Shown here: piece after piece, positions 50,316 through 59,885 of the stretch
Position numbering within the stretch: position 1 is the first letter of the stretch
Layout: each line of letters opens with the position of its first letter
Source of the DNA: an uncultured delta proteobacterium
GTDB taxonomy: Bacteria > Myxococcota > B64-G9
DNA length: 64,000 nucleotides
NCBI GenBank assembly: GCA_963754925.1
Contig: CAVWHX010000011.1
Span: 32,001 to 96,000, forward strand
Direction of reading: 5' to 3'
Program-made: the position numbers and the translations under genes
Notes under the pieces: generated by a model
What the model was told of the DNA's origin: nothing
Seen by the model: only the letters and a program-made list of their open reading frames with translations
The model's database searches: none

Positions 50316-51626
50316 ATGACACTTGGTCTTCATCCTGAATGCATAGCTAGACTGCGCGCTTCGTTGGCGGAGCAGCTCTCACGCATGACGGTAAGCCACG
50401 GCATGCTCCTGACCCCAAAGACTTCGCTATATCTCTTGCTCGCCCAGGAAGTTCTGCCAAAGACTGGAAAAACCCATGCTACGCTCCAGAGGATCGTCAG
50501 TGAAACCCCGCTTACTGATTTTGTGATTGGACTGCTCGGGCGTGAACTCTATGAAGGACAAGAACCCCAGGTGGATGAAGGTCCAGTGCCACTGAATGCC
50601 TTACCCGTATACACCAATCTGGATGATGTCGCAAGCCGTTTGACGGATGCGTTTGAATCCTTGCCTTGGCGATACACTCTCTCAACGCCACTCCCAGAGC
50701 CATTTAGCAAAGTGTTCTGCCCGCACATCGGGAATTATAGGCTCTCTGATACCATCGCGATCGTTTCTTCAGATGATTTGTTGTCTCAGAACTATCCGTT
50801 GATTTCAGGCATCAAGAAGCGCGATCAGATGCTTTCTGGCGCGGGCTTCTTTTCCTTGCCCACTGGGAACGCTCCGACCTGGGAACCCAATATCGCTTAC
50901 CTGCAAATAACATTAGAAGGGTTCATTGGAAACTTATTCAATACCAATCCTGCACTTGAGGCTGTAAATTCACTTCGTGCTTTCTGCGGACTCGCCTTAG
51001 CACTTCAGCTACTTAAGCTAAGTCAGTCCTATCATCTAGTTTCGTTAAAAAGGAAGCTCCTCGTTCACAGGGAAGTCAACGGGAAATGGGTTGTCGAAAA
51101 TGTTCACGAACTCGAAACAAGGCACTCTGAGGCCATTCGAGATCTTGTCTTGCATGATCAAGACGGATCACTGTCCGATGATCAGAATCGCGTTCGCTGG
51201 ATGCAGCATTCACTTGATTATATCAGTACGGTATTTCGAGCTGGTGATAGAGCCAAGAATGTTCTTCTCGGTGCTCAATGGCTGTTTGAGAGCTACTGTG
51301 GTAACGATGAGCTTCTGCGGTTTGTGCAAGCAGCTGTGGTCGTTGAGATTCTGCTTGGTGATAAAGCATCCTCCGATCAGACAGGTCTCGGCGAACTTTT
51401 AGCAAATCGGTGTGCGTACCTAATTGCAGGATCGCACAGCCAACGCAATGAGATCCTTCGGGATTTTCGCGATATTTACGAAGTTAGATCAAAGATCGTT
51501 CATAGCGGAAAAAACCGTCTCGCTCTCGGAGAACGAACTCTCTTCGACAAGCTACTTTGGATGTGTAGGCGCATCATTCAAGAAGAAGCCGAGCTTTTGA
51601 AAAATGACAACTCAAAGGATACATAA
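50316..51626 (+). CDS. ApeA-like HEPN domain protein (cassette)
   Basis: EILLGD...LANRCAYL...IYEVRSKIVHSG (Rx4H). Confidence 0.75.
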   Translation: MTLGLHPECIARLRASLAEQLSRMTVSHGMLLTPKTSLYLLLAQEVLPKTGKTHATLQRIVSETPLTDFVIGLLGRELYEGQEPQVDEGPVPLNALPVYTNLDDVASRLTDAFESLPWRYTLSTPLPEPFSKVFCPHIGNYRLSDTIAIVSSDDLLSQNYPLISGIKKRDQMLSGAGFFSLPTGNAPTWEPNIAYLQITLEGFIGNLFNTNPALEAVNSLRAFCGLALALQLLKLSQSYHLVSLKRKLLVHREVNGKWVVENVHELETRHSEAIRDLVLHDQDGSLSDDQNRVRWMQHSLDYISTVFRAGDRAKNVLLGAQWLFESYCGNDELLRFVQAAVVVEILLGDKASSDQTGLGELLANRCAYLIAGSHSQRNEILRDFRDIYEVRSKIVHSGKNRLALGERTLFDKLLWMCRRIIQEEAELLKNDNSKDT

Positions 51627-51679
51627 CCCTTCAATCGAGTGGACGGCCTAAAGGCCGCCGATCATTTAGAATGTTGGCT
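51621..51679 (+). other. attC site
   Basis: ACATAAC-ccttcaatcgagtggacggcc-taaa-ggccgccgatcatttagaat-GTTGGCT. Confidence 0.85.
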
Positions 51680-51687
51680 GTTATAAA

Positions 51688-52236
51688 ATGATGAAACTTG
51701 ATGATCCAAAGTGGCAAGAGCTTGATGGTGGGTACAAGATTCCTTATGACCCTAGGCCTGCCCTGCACAAGCTCGAACAAGGTGAAAATGTCTGGGACGA
51801 GCTTTGGGAGAATCTCCACCATCAAAGAGATGTCGGTGTGGCGTCCTATGCCGCTGTGCCTCAAATCGTACGAATCGGGCAGTCGTTGCCTGAACGCGAC
51901 TGGAATCTTTACGCATTGTTATCCATTATTGAAGTTGAACGGCACCGCAAGACGAACCCACCCATTCCTGAATGGTTGAAAGAAGAATATTACCAAGCTT
52001 GGCAAGAGCTGCTTCGGTTCGGGATTTCAGACATTCAGAAGACCTCAGATCCACTCTTTGTCCAAAGCATCTTAAGCATGCTTGCCCTCGCTCGAGGGAA
52101 TCTCAGGCTCGGTGCACTCATCGGCAATCTCGATACATCGGAACTTGATAAATTACTTGAAAACCAACAAGCTTGGTCTGAATTATACAATAGTCAAAAA
52201 GGCGCTCTACCAGACGCGGACAAGCCGCGCCAGTGA
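51688..52236 (+). CDS. Hypothetical helical protein (cassette)
   Basis: WDELWENLHHQ-DV-ASYAAVP; ORF bounded by attC sites. Confidence 0.75.
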   Translation: MMKLDDPKWQELDGGYKIPYDPRPALHKLEQGENVWDELWENLHHQRDVGVASYAAVPQIVRIGQSLPERDWNLYALLSIIEVERHRKTNPPIPEWLKEEYYQAWQELLRFGISDIQKTSDPLFVQSILSMLALARGNLRLGALIGNLDTSELDKLLENQQAWSELYNSQKGALPDADKPRQ

Positions 52237-52250
52237 GCTTTATGTTGAGC
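52192..52250 (+). other. Degenerate attC site
   Basis: AGTCAAA-aaggcgctctaccagacgcgg-acaa-gccgcgccagtgagctttat-GTTGAGC; AAC mutated to AAA. Confidence 0.7.
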
Positions 52251-52260
52251 TGGAAATTCA

Positions 52261-52742
52261 ATGGGAATACCTCCAGAGGTAATCGAGCTTGAAAATCGAA
52301 GCTTGGGTCGGCGTGGCGAGCCAACCTTAGCTCGGGCGTGCGAGTCGCTAATTCAGTGTTGGGATGCCGGGGACCGAGGGAGGGAGCTCGCATTCCATCT
52401 CATGTTCCTGTGCTGGTATCTCTTGTTTGAGCCACCCTATCTAACAGGTCTAGAACAGGATAATCCGATTTGCAAACGCCTCCAGCAAGTTTTAACGAAG
52501 TACATGACCATTTCAATACGACTCTTTCCGGGGATGCAGAAATGCTCTACATCGTCGGCCTCATGGCGCACCTGACACCATATCTGCTGGGGAACCTCGA
52601 TGTTTGGGAATCTCGGAGTAAGCGCTACCAACTGCTTTACCGAGAGTTAGCGCCAGAGGGAATTGATCCAAAAATCTTCGAAGGTCGCGGAGCGTACGGC
52701 GACTATTTTGCTGGCCAGGCTCGCGTTAAAGACCGGTATTAA
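52261..52742 (+). CDS. Hypothetical protein (frameshift near 52492)
   Basis: Two overlapping ORFs join if one T is added to a T run. Confidence 0.6.
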
Positions 52743-52770
52743 TCATGCCAGAGAATTCTCTATAGAGAAT

Positions 52771-53262
52771 ATGCCTTTTACACCTTTTCATTTCGGACCG
52801 CATGCCTGTGTAGCGCTCCCATTGCAGCGCTATATTGATGTTCCTATTTTCATTGGTGCAAACGTAGTTGTGGATATTGAACCTTTGCTCGTAATGATCT
52901 TTCAACCTAACTACCCCCTGCATGGGTATTGTCATACATTTCTTATTGGAGGATTGCTCGGGTTATTCTTCGCGGTGGCTGCCTATCCATTTCGACAATT
53001 TATTGGCAAAGCAATGTCACTGGTTCGTCTTCCGTATTCCCCTACCCTCCTGAAAATGGTTGTATCCGGCATACTCGGTGTATGGATGCACATTCTTTTT
53101 GATTCACCATTGTATATCGACATCAAACCCTTTTATCCGTTATCAGCAAATCCGTTATATGGCGTTATCTCCCTAAACGCCGCCTACATAACCTGTATGC
53201 TATTGTTTTTACCTGCGTTGTTGATATATCTGAACATAGTCCGTTCCGAGGCCAAGAACTAA
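52771..53262 (+). CDS. Membrane metal-dependent hydrolase-like protein
   Basis: MPFTPFHFGP, DIEP, HGYCHT, HILFD. Confidence 0.75.
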   Translation: MPFTPFHFGPHACVALPLQRYIDVPIFIGANVVVDIEPLLVMIFQPNYPLHGYCHTFLIGGLLGLFFAVAAYPFRQFIGKAMSLVRLPYSPTLLKMVVSGILGVWMHILFDSPLYIDIKPFYPLSANPLYGVISLNAAYITCMLLFLPALLIYLNIVRSEAKN

Positions 53263-53322
53263 TGACGCCCTCTCGAGTAACAAGAGAATTGTTGCGTACG
53301 AAAGACTGTAGCAAGCGAAAAG

Positions 53323-54054
53323 ATGACTACTGATACCCTTTTGCTATATCGTTCAATGGATTCTGCCAAACCAGAGGACTACGTGGAATGGGCCGTGGAG
53401 CGTCTGTGTGAAGGTCTAGACACCCCGAGTCTCAGGATTCTTGCTGGAGTGAACACTCGATTTGATCGAGACAAAATTGAACCATATTTCGAGAAGACCT
53501 GCAAAGAGCTAAACATCAAGCCTCCGTGTCAGAATGCTAAACCAAGAGAAAACTGTTGGTTTGGTGAAGAGGGCGTATGACCTCGGAGAGATGTCCGTAG
53601 AGGTAGCGTTGCAGATGATGGCGTCACTTTATCAAAAGTCTAAATACTCTGACCCGCTTCTGGTGGTTTGGTATAACATCGAAGAAGAGTTTTCATTGCG
53701 AGGAAGTGGGCATGAAGGATGCTTCTATCCCCCAGATGCATTAGATTCCCTCGAAGGTGTGTTTGAGCATGAGTGGAAACTTTTTTAAGAGCATTAAGCC
53801 TGAATCTCCCCCGTGATTTCATGCGCCTCATCAGGTGTGATAAATGCGGTTACATTGGCAAGTCGAAATTAAAACACAAAACATTAAAGGCTAAAATTGT
53901 TGCTCTGAATCCTTGGTCAAAGCCCAAACCGCCGCTGTGGCCTACGTGCAACCGCTGCGGATCATATAAGTTTCACAGCATGACAGATCCGAAAGTAAGG
54001 GATGCCTATTTCAGGCAACTGGAAGGCAAACATGGCGCTTCAGCCGACCGATAA
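53323..54054 (+). CDS. Hypothetical protein with C-terminal zinc ribbon (frameshifts near 53550 and 53785)
   Basis: WAVE-L-G-DTPSLRILAG; CDKC...CNRC; three ORFs joined across homopolymer runs. Confidence 0.6.
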
Positions 54055-54081
54055 ACGTGGCAGCTAAGCTTTTCGTTAGTA
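54025..54081 (+). other. Degenerate attC site
   Basis: GGCAAAC-atggcgcttcagccgacc...ggcagctaagcttttc-GTTAGTA. Confidence 0.65.
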
Positions 54082-54403
54082 AGGATAACTAATGAAAATA
54101 CGAAATAACACTTCTCATCGTATTTATTGCGATCGTGGTCGTCCTGTTAGCTAAAAGGCGGTCTTGCTCTGATTCAGTTTTTAACTCTAAACCCAGTCAG
54201 CCAATGACTTTAGAAAGCAACCTTGCGGTTCTTGCCGCCGGATTTGTTATTTGCCACTCGATCCATGGTACCTAAGCTATCTGAACCTCAAAATATCGGC
54301 AGCAGTTTCGGCACGCTTGCTAAAGCAGAGGGCGATGTCTATGATGGATGCAGCACATTGAGCTGATTCGCAGGTAAGGCCTGGAAGTCAACAGGGGAGA
54401 TGG

Positions 54404-54550
54404 TTGATGAATCCCATTGAAGATCGGCGCGCGTCGTTTGCCAAGCTGCATGAGTCCGGGTGCTTCGTTATCCCTAATCCCTGGGACGTGGGCAGTGCGC
54501 GCTTACTCCGCCACCTCGGTTTTAAGGCGTTGGCGACGACGAGTGCCTGC
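54404..54550 (+). pseudogene. N-terminal fragment of an isocitrate lyase/PEP mutase family gene
   Basis: FAKLH..CFVIPNPWDVGSARLL..LGFKALATTSA, ending at an attC-like site. Confidence 0.75.
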
Positions 54551-54551
54551 C

Positions 54552-54601
54552 GCTCAACCATCGCTTCCCGCGGACGCCGCCGTTTCGTGGGAGCGTTAAG
54601 G
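54552..54601 (+). other. Short degenerate attC site
   Basis: GCTCAAC-catcgcttcccgcggac...cgtgggagc-GTTAAGG. Confidence 0.55.
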
Positions 54602-54608
54602 ATATTTC

Positions 54609-55100
54609 ATGTCATATCATATTCGTCGAAAAGACCGAGAGATTATTGATCAATCAGAGCTTAATCAAATTATTGCTCGCAATAAATATGCAACCCTTGC
54701 TCTATGTCATAACAATGAACCCTACATTGTTACGTTAACCTATGGTTATGATAAAAATACCAAAACATTGTATTTTCATTGCAGTAAAGAAGGCTTAAAA
54801 CTCGATTTTATTAAAAAGATCCGAACACGTGCCTTACCATAATTGAGGATAATGGTTTTGATAGCAAGACGTGCAATCATCCCTACACGAGTCTTGTTAT
54901 ACGCGGCAAAATAGAGCTAATTTACGATATTGAAGAGGCAAATAACGCGATAACATTAATGATAGATCAACTGGAATTTGAAGAGAAAGAAAAGGCTTTA
55001 GGCAAACTGAATCAAAACAACAAGTTTTATCAAGATTTGCAGATGGTTAAAGTGGAGATTATGGAAATAACCGGTAAAGAAAAAGAGAAAGAATCCATAA
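54609..55100 (+). CDS. Pyridoxamine 5'-phosphate oxidase/NimA-like flavin-binding protein (frameshift near 54816)
   Basis: RRKDREI, PYIV, LYFHCS-EG-K, YTSLVIRG, ITGK. Confidence 0.8.
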
Positions 55101-55173
55101 TTTCTTTCTGGCGTTAACCATATTGCAATCTGATTCTCGGTGAGAAATTTAGATGGGTGTCTGTGGAGTTCAC

Positions 55174-55488
55174 ATGACCGTTCAATATAAAGCAGACTTC
55201 GATAAACTCGAGTGGGAGTCACCCATTGCAGGGGTGAGACACAAGTATATCGACCAAGATAATTTACGTATGCGACTGGTCGAGTATTCAAAAGAGATGC
55301 CGCCCCATTGGTGCGAAAAGGGACACTATGGCTATCTAATCGAAGGCCAAATGGAACTTGAGTATGAAAACTCAAAAATAATTTATAAACCAGGTGACGG
55401 CATTTTCATTCCGGATGGCCCCGATCATAAGCATCGAGGCAGACTCATTTCCGAAAAAGTGCTAGTCTTCTTTATTGAAAAAGCCTAA
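55174..55488 (+). CDS. Cupin domain protein (cassette)
   Basis: HWCEKGH-GY-IEG, PGDG-FIP, HKH. Confidence 0.85.
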   Translation: MTVQYKADFDKLEWESPIAGVRHKYIDQDNLRMRLVEYSKEMPPHWCEKGHYGYLIEGQMELEYENSKIIYKPGDGIFIPDGPDHKHRGRLISEKVLVFFIEKA

Positions 55489-55641
55489 CCCTAAAGGACA
55501 AGACATTGTCCACAGGATAAGAGATTCTAAGCTTCGCTTCGCTCAGCAAGAATCTCTAATAAGCTCTCTTCGTTCGACAACAATGTCTAGCCAGCTAATG
55601 CAGCTAATGGCTTTCAGCCGCCAGTGATCGGAACGTTACGC
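55483..55641 (+). other. attC site interrupted by nested two-hairpin repeat copies F (about 55490-55591)
   Basis: Removing the insert restores GCCTAAC-cagctaatgcagctaatggc...gccagtgatcggaac-GTTACGC. Confidence 0.75.
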
Positions 55642-55666
55642 CGAAAATATCAAAAGGAAAAAGGCG

Positions 55667-57010
55667 ATGGGCATTATCGAAAAGTATGTCGGACGTTACC
55701 GGAAGGAATATGACTTCTACGACCAAGCTGCTCGACTCGTTGCCCAGCTCTTGGAGGGAAGTCTACAGAGTGCCGGCATTCGAGCAATGGTTACCTTCCG
55801 CGCTAAGTCACCAATTAGGCTTGAAGCGAAGGTCCGACAACGGAGCGAAGAAAAGGGCTACACCACCGTTGATGATATCTATCGAGATATAATGGATCTG
55901 ACGGGAGTGCGCGTAGCACTATATTTTCCGGCCGAGCGTGAGCAAGTCGGCAAACTGATTCGCCAGCTCTTTGTCCTGACAAAAGATCCCAAAGAATTCC
56001 CCACAAAGTCAAAACCCAGTTATCAGAAGCGTTTTTCCGGATACTGGGCTACGCACTATAGAGTCCGGCTCCAGGATGCGTCACTTAGCGAAGCGCAAAA
56101 GCGTTTTGCAGAAGCCTTAGTTGAAATTCAAGTTGCGTCCGTCCTCATGCATGCCTGGGCAGAAGTTGAGCATGACCTCGTCTACAAACCCATGCAAGGA
56201 GGCTTATCCGACAATGAATATTCGATTCTCGATGAGCTCAATGGGTTGGTTATGGCCGGTGAAATCGCCTTAGAACGTTTGCAAAACGCAGGGGAAACTC
56301 GCGTCGCTTCAATAGGCAGAAAGTTCTCAAATCATTATGACTTGGCTTCTTATCTGCTGGACAAGGCAGCACATTTTCTGAAAGGCGCCGCAACTGAAGC
56401 TACTCTTGGTCGCGTTGATGTTCTCTATTCCTTCCTAAGAAAGTTAGACCTTACAGAGCCAAACAAGCTTGAACCCTATGTCCAATCATTATCCGGCGAT
56501 ACCGAGCAACGCGCGTTGTCTGAACAAATTATCGATCAACTGCTTGCGGAAGATGAGCGACGATATAAGACATACGAGGAAACTCGGTCTGCAATTGACT
56601 CGGAGGTTCGTAACCTTAGCGAAGATGATCGTCTTGCACCGCCCGGAGTTAAAAACGCTATAGGTACATTTCTCTCGAAGTGGATCACCTTCGAGCGGAT
56701 AATGAGGGAGGTTTCTCAATCGAAAACAGAACCTCCGCGGCTCATGCTTATGACGCCACGTAACCTTGAGCAATTGGGGGTCATTTCGAAGGAACATATC
56801 TCTGAGGTTGATCGAATCCGACGCCTACGTAACAATCTAGTTCACGGTGTCGAAATCCCCGATGCCCGCGACATCAAGGAAGCCACGAAACGGCTCGGCG
56901 AGATAGTAGTTGTGGTTGAAAAATCGATTGCCATGACTCCTCATACGGTGGTCCGGGGGACACGCCGCAAGCAACGCGCCCCTGAACTCAAACGTAATAG
57001 AAAACAGTAA
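55667..57010 (+). CDS. RelA/SpoT small alarmone synthetase domain fused to a C-terminal HEPN-like domain (cassette)
   Basis: RAKS, DLTGVR, GYWATHY, EIQV, HAWAEVEHDL-YK; C-terminal RRLRNNLVHG. Confidence 0.85.
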   Translation: MGIIEKYVGRYRKEYDFYDQAARLVAQLLEGSLQSAGIRAMVTFRAKSPIRLEAKVRQRSEEKGYTTVDDIYRDIMDLTGVRVALYFPAEREQVGKLIRQLFVLTKDPKEFPTKSKPSYQKRFSGYWATHYRVRLQDASLSEAQKRFAEALVEIQVASVLMHAWAEVEHDLVYKPMQGGLSDNEYSILDELNGLVMAGEIALERLQNAGETRVASIGRKFSNHYDLASYLLDKAAHFLKGAATEATLGRVDVLYSFLRKLDLTEPNKLEPYVQSLSGDTEQRALSEQIIDQLLAEDERRYKTYEETRSAIDSEVRNLSEDDRLAPPGVKNAIGTFLSKWITFERIMREVSQSKTEPPRLMLMTPRNLEQLGVISKEHISEVDRIRRLRNNLVHGVEIPDARDIKEATKRLGEIVVVVEKSIAMTPHTVVRGTRRKQRAPELKRNRKQ

Positions 57011-57115
57011 TATAATTTATTAAATAATATACCAGACTGCCGACTGCGGTTTGAAACGTGCCGATCCTTTTACCGTAAACGATCTTCTCACCTCATGGGA
57101 TGGTGCGGAGTCCGG

Positions 57116-57226
57116 TGACCGTTCAGCATACAGCAGACTTCGATAAACTCGAATGGGAGTCACCAATTGCATTGAGGCAGACTCATTTCCGAAAAAGTGT
57201 TGGTTTTCTTTCTTGAAAAAGTGTAA
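57116..57226 (+). pseudogene. Internally deleted second copy of the cupin gene
   Basis: Matches 55174-55229 then jumps to match about 55432-55488. Confidence 0.85.
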
Positions 57227-57269
57227 TAAGGCAATCCACTGGATCTTCATCCGTGGGAGAATGCATATT

Positions 57270-58709
57270 ATGCGACTCTATCTGATCAATCCGTCCAACC
57301 CGCTGGTCAGCATCGTCAAAGTCAAGGAGAGCCGCTGGAACCGCTACCGCGTTTGGCAGCCGTTGAGCTTGATGGTGCTCGCAGGTCTGACCCCGCGGGA
57401 GTGGGATATCTCGATCCTGGACGAGAACCTTGGCGCGCCAGACTACGCGGCCATGCCCCGGCCGGACCTGGTGGGCATTACGGCTTTCACCTCGCAGGCG
57501 AACCGGGCCTATGAACTGTCCTCTTACTTTCAGAGCTTGGGCGTGCCGGTCGTCATGGGCGGCATTCACGCGACCATGTGCCTGGACGAGGCCATGGAGC
57601 GCGTGGACTCGGTCGTCACGGGCGAAGCCGAGAGCGTCTGGGCGCAGGTCCTCGAGGACGCCCGGCACGGCGGTTTGAAGCCCCGGTATGACGGCGGCCT
57701 CGCGGATATCAACACCGTCCCCCTCGCCCGCCACGATTTGCTGGACGGACGGTATGCCTTCGGCGCGATTCAGACCACGCGCGGCTGTCCCCTGAACTGC
57801 AGCTTCTGCAGCGTGACGGCGTTCAACGGCGCTCATTACCGCCAACGGCCCATCCCCGACGTCGTCCGCGAATTCCAGTGCATTCGTGAGAAACGTGTTC
57901 TGGTGGTGGATGACAACCTTATCGGCACGCGCCCGTACCACATCGCCCGCGCCAAGGACCTGTTCCGAGCCATGGCGCGAGCGAACCTGCGCAAGGAATG
58001 GTTCGGCCAAGCCACCGTCAACTTCGCCGATGACGAAGAACTCCTGTCGTTGGCCGCGCAGGCCGGGTGCCGAGGCGTCTTCATCGGCTTTGAGTCCCCT
58101 ACGCCAGAAGGGCTTCGGGAACTCGGCAAGAAGTTCAACCTTTCGAAGGGCCGCGACATCCGCGCCTCCGTGCGGCGCATCCAACAGCACAACATCCTGG
58201 TCGTGGGTTCGTTTATCATCGGTTTGGACGTGGATGAACCGGGCATCGGCAAACGGATCGCCGAGGTGGCCCACCAGTACGGCGTGGACAATCTCAACAC
58301 GCTGTTTCTGACGCCCTTGCCCGGCACGCACCTGTGGGACCAGATGAAAGCGGAGGGCCGCGTCGCCCTCGATGCGTTCCCGGAGGACTGGAAGTATTAC
58401 ACGCTGACCTTCCCGGTGGCCCGATACCGGCATCTGTCGTTGGCGGCCAGCATAGATGAGATGATCTCCTGCGACCAGACCTTCTATTCCGTGCCGCGCA
58501 TCCTGCGCCGGGCATGGGGCAGTCTGTGGGGACGCCGCTTATCGTTGGTCAGCCTGGTCGCCAATCTCTCCTACCGGAGAAACCTCCGGCTGAACCGCAC
58601 GGCATATGCAGACTTCAAGCGTCAACGCGGCAATGGGCATGATTCGACAGAATCTCAGGCTTTCCCTTCATCCGGGACGATCAAGGAAGGACCCCCGTTT
58701 CCTGCATAA
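57270..58709 (+). CDS. B12-binding radical SAM protein
   Basis: GGIHAT, GEAE, RGCPLNCSFC, GFES. Confidence 0.92.
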   Translation: MRLYLINPSNPLVSIVKVKESRWNRYRVWQPLSLMVLAGLTPREWDISILDENLGAPDYAAMPRPDLVGITAFTSQANRAYELSSYFQSLGVPVVMGGIHATMCLDEAMERVDSVVTGEAESVWAQVLEDARHGGLKPRYDGGLADINTVPLARHDLLDGRYAFGAIQTTRGCPLNCSFCSVTAFNGAHYRQRPIPDVVREFQCIREKRVLVVDDNLIGTRPYHIARAKDLFRAMARANLRKEWFGQATVNFADDEELLSLAAQAGCRGVFIGFESPTPEGLRELGKKFNLSKGRDIRASVRRIQQHNILVVGSFIIGLDVDEPGIGKRIAEVAHQYGVDNLNTLFLTPLPGTHLWDQMKAEGRVALDAFPEDWKYYTLTFPVARYRHLSLAASIDEMISCDQTFYSVPRILRRAWGSLWGRRLSLVSLVANLSYRRNLRLNRTAYADFKRQRGNGHDSTESQAFPSSGTIKEGPPFPA

Positions 58710-58728
58710 TGGGCGAGCCTCAAACAAC

Positions 58729-59530
58729 TTACTTCCCCGAATTTGGAGCGGCTTTCACCTGAAGAGCTGCCTCGATTTCTTTCAATTTATTTTGAATGAG
58801 GCGCATATTCTTCGGTCCCATTCGTAATAGATGTTTCTGCGGGGGACTTAAAAGCCTCGAGCGAACCGTCTACGAATTCGTACATTGCGCCATCCGTTCC
58901 ATATTGAACGGCGATTTCCTCATTTGGAATGGGAGTATTGATTAAGCGTTGCAACGCCCTTGCCAAAACAGGCTCGAACGTCGTACCGGGCTCGCCAATT
59001 TCACGATAGGCGCTTTCCAATAGCGGGCGAAGCGTCGCATATACATTAGAACACGCCTCAACATCCAGAGACGCTATGGCCTTAGCAAAAAAATCATATC
59101 GCTGAAAACTCGCGTGGTCGATAACCACAGAGCCGGCGCGCTCGATTACTTTAAATGTTCCCGTAGGCGCTAGAAAACCCAAAGAGCGGCGCGGACTTTC
59201 ACCTTTGGCTATCGATCGAACAACGGTAACGATTCGCCGAACAAGATCGGCCTCGCGCATCCAAGCCTTCACGTTCGGATTGGACGATACCGCGGCCATC
59301 TGGTTTCGAAGCTGATCGTCCGTTTGCTCGAAAGGCGGCAACGGCTCCACCGGCTGAAGAGGCGTAACCTGCGCGTCGGGAGACGGTTTGGCCACCGAAA
59401 GCGTATCGGGAGGAAGAGACACCGTCCGATGCTGATGCGCCCACCAATACCAGGCACCGCCACCTATCGCAACGAGCAACACCACGACAAATGGCCATAG
59501 AGGCATCGACTTTTTCAATTGTGTTTTCAT
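58729..59530 (-). CDS. DUF3014 domain protein (frameshift near 58852)
   Basis: N-terminal TM, SFQRYD, corrected C-terminus LSPPQKHLLRMGPKN. Confidence 0.8.
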
Positions 59531-59601
59531 GAAATACCTCTAGCTTCTCTCAACACATTCTTTGCTTTTATGCAAGTAGTTCATTCTGCCACCCGAACTG
59601 C

Positions 59602-59718
59602 GGTAGTGTCTCGGTTTGCCAGAGGCTTAGAGCTTGTTGTCGAGCAGCGAGACTTACAAGCTCTTATCCCTTTAGGGATTAATAGGTTTCGGTCGCGTGT
59701 CGTTCGACGAATACCCGT
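59602..59718. mobile_element. Second MITE-like copy (inverted) with its centre replaced by two-hairpin copy G (59628-59679)
   Basis: 59602-59629 matches rc of 45550-45577; 59680-59718 matches rc of 45441-45479. Confidence 0.75.
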
Positions 59719-59885
59719 CTATTTGAAGTTGTCCTAGCGTGTCGAATGCCCCTTGCATCGAAAAGATAGGTGATTACGTTAGTCCTACCCAGTTAACTGT
59801 TTCAATCTGACAAGCTTCCTTTTAAATAGACGGATACTATCCATCAGATCAGATTGAAAATTCTAAACATTTAAGGAGGTGAAAC

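Larger units (their letters stand above)
50244..57226 (+). mobile_element. Integron gene-cassette array 2, partly decayed (no integrase in window)
   Basis: Co-oriented lower-GC ORFs separated by intact or degenerate attC sites at 51621, 52192, 54025, 54552, 55483 and ~56945. Confidence 0.8.

Noticed and set aside
15242..59679. Hairpin repeats as a CRISPR array or simple terminators
   Set aside because: They are dispersed with no regular spacers, lack U tracts, occur in both orientations and nest in each other
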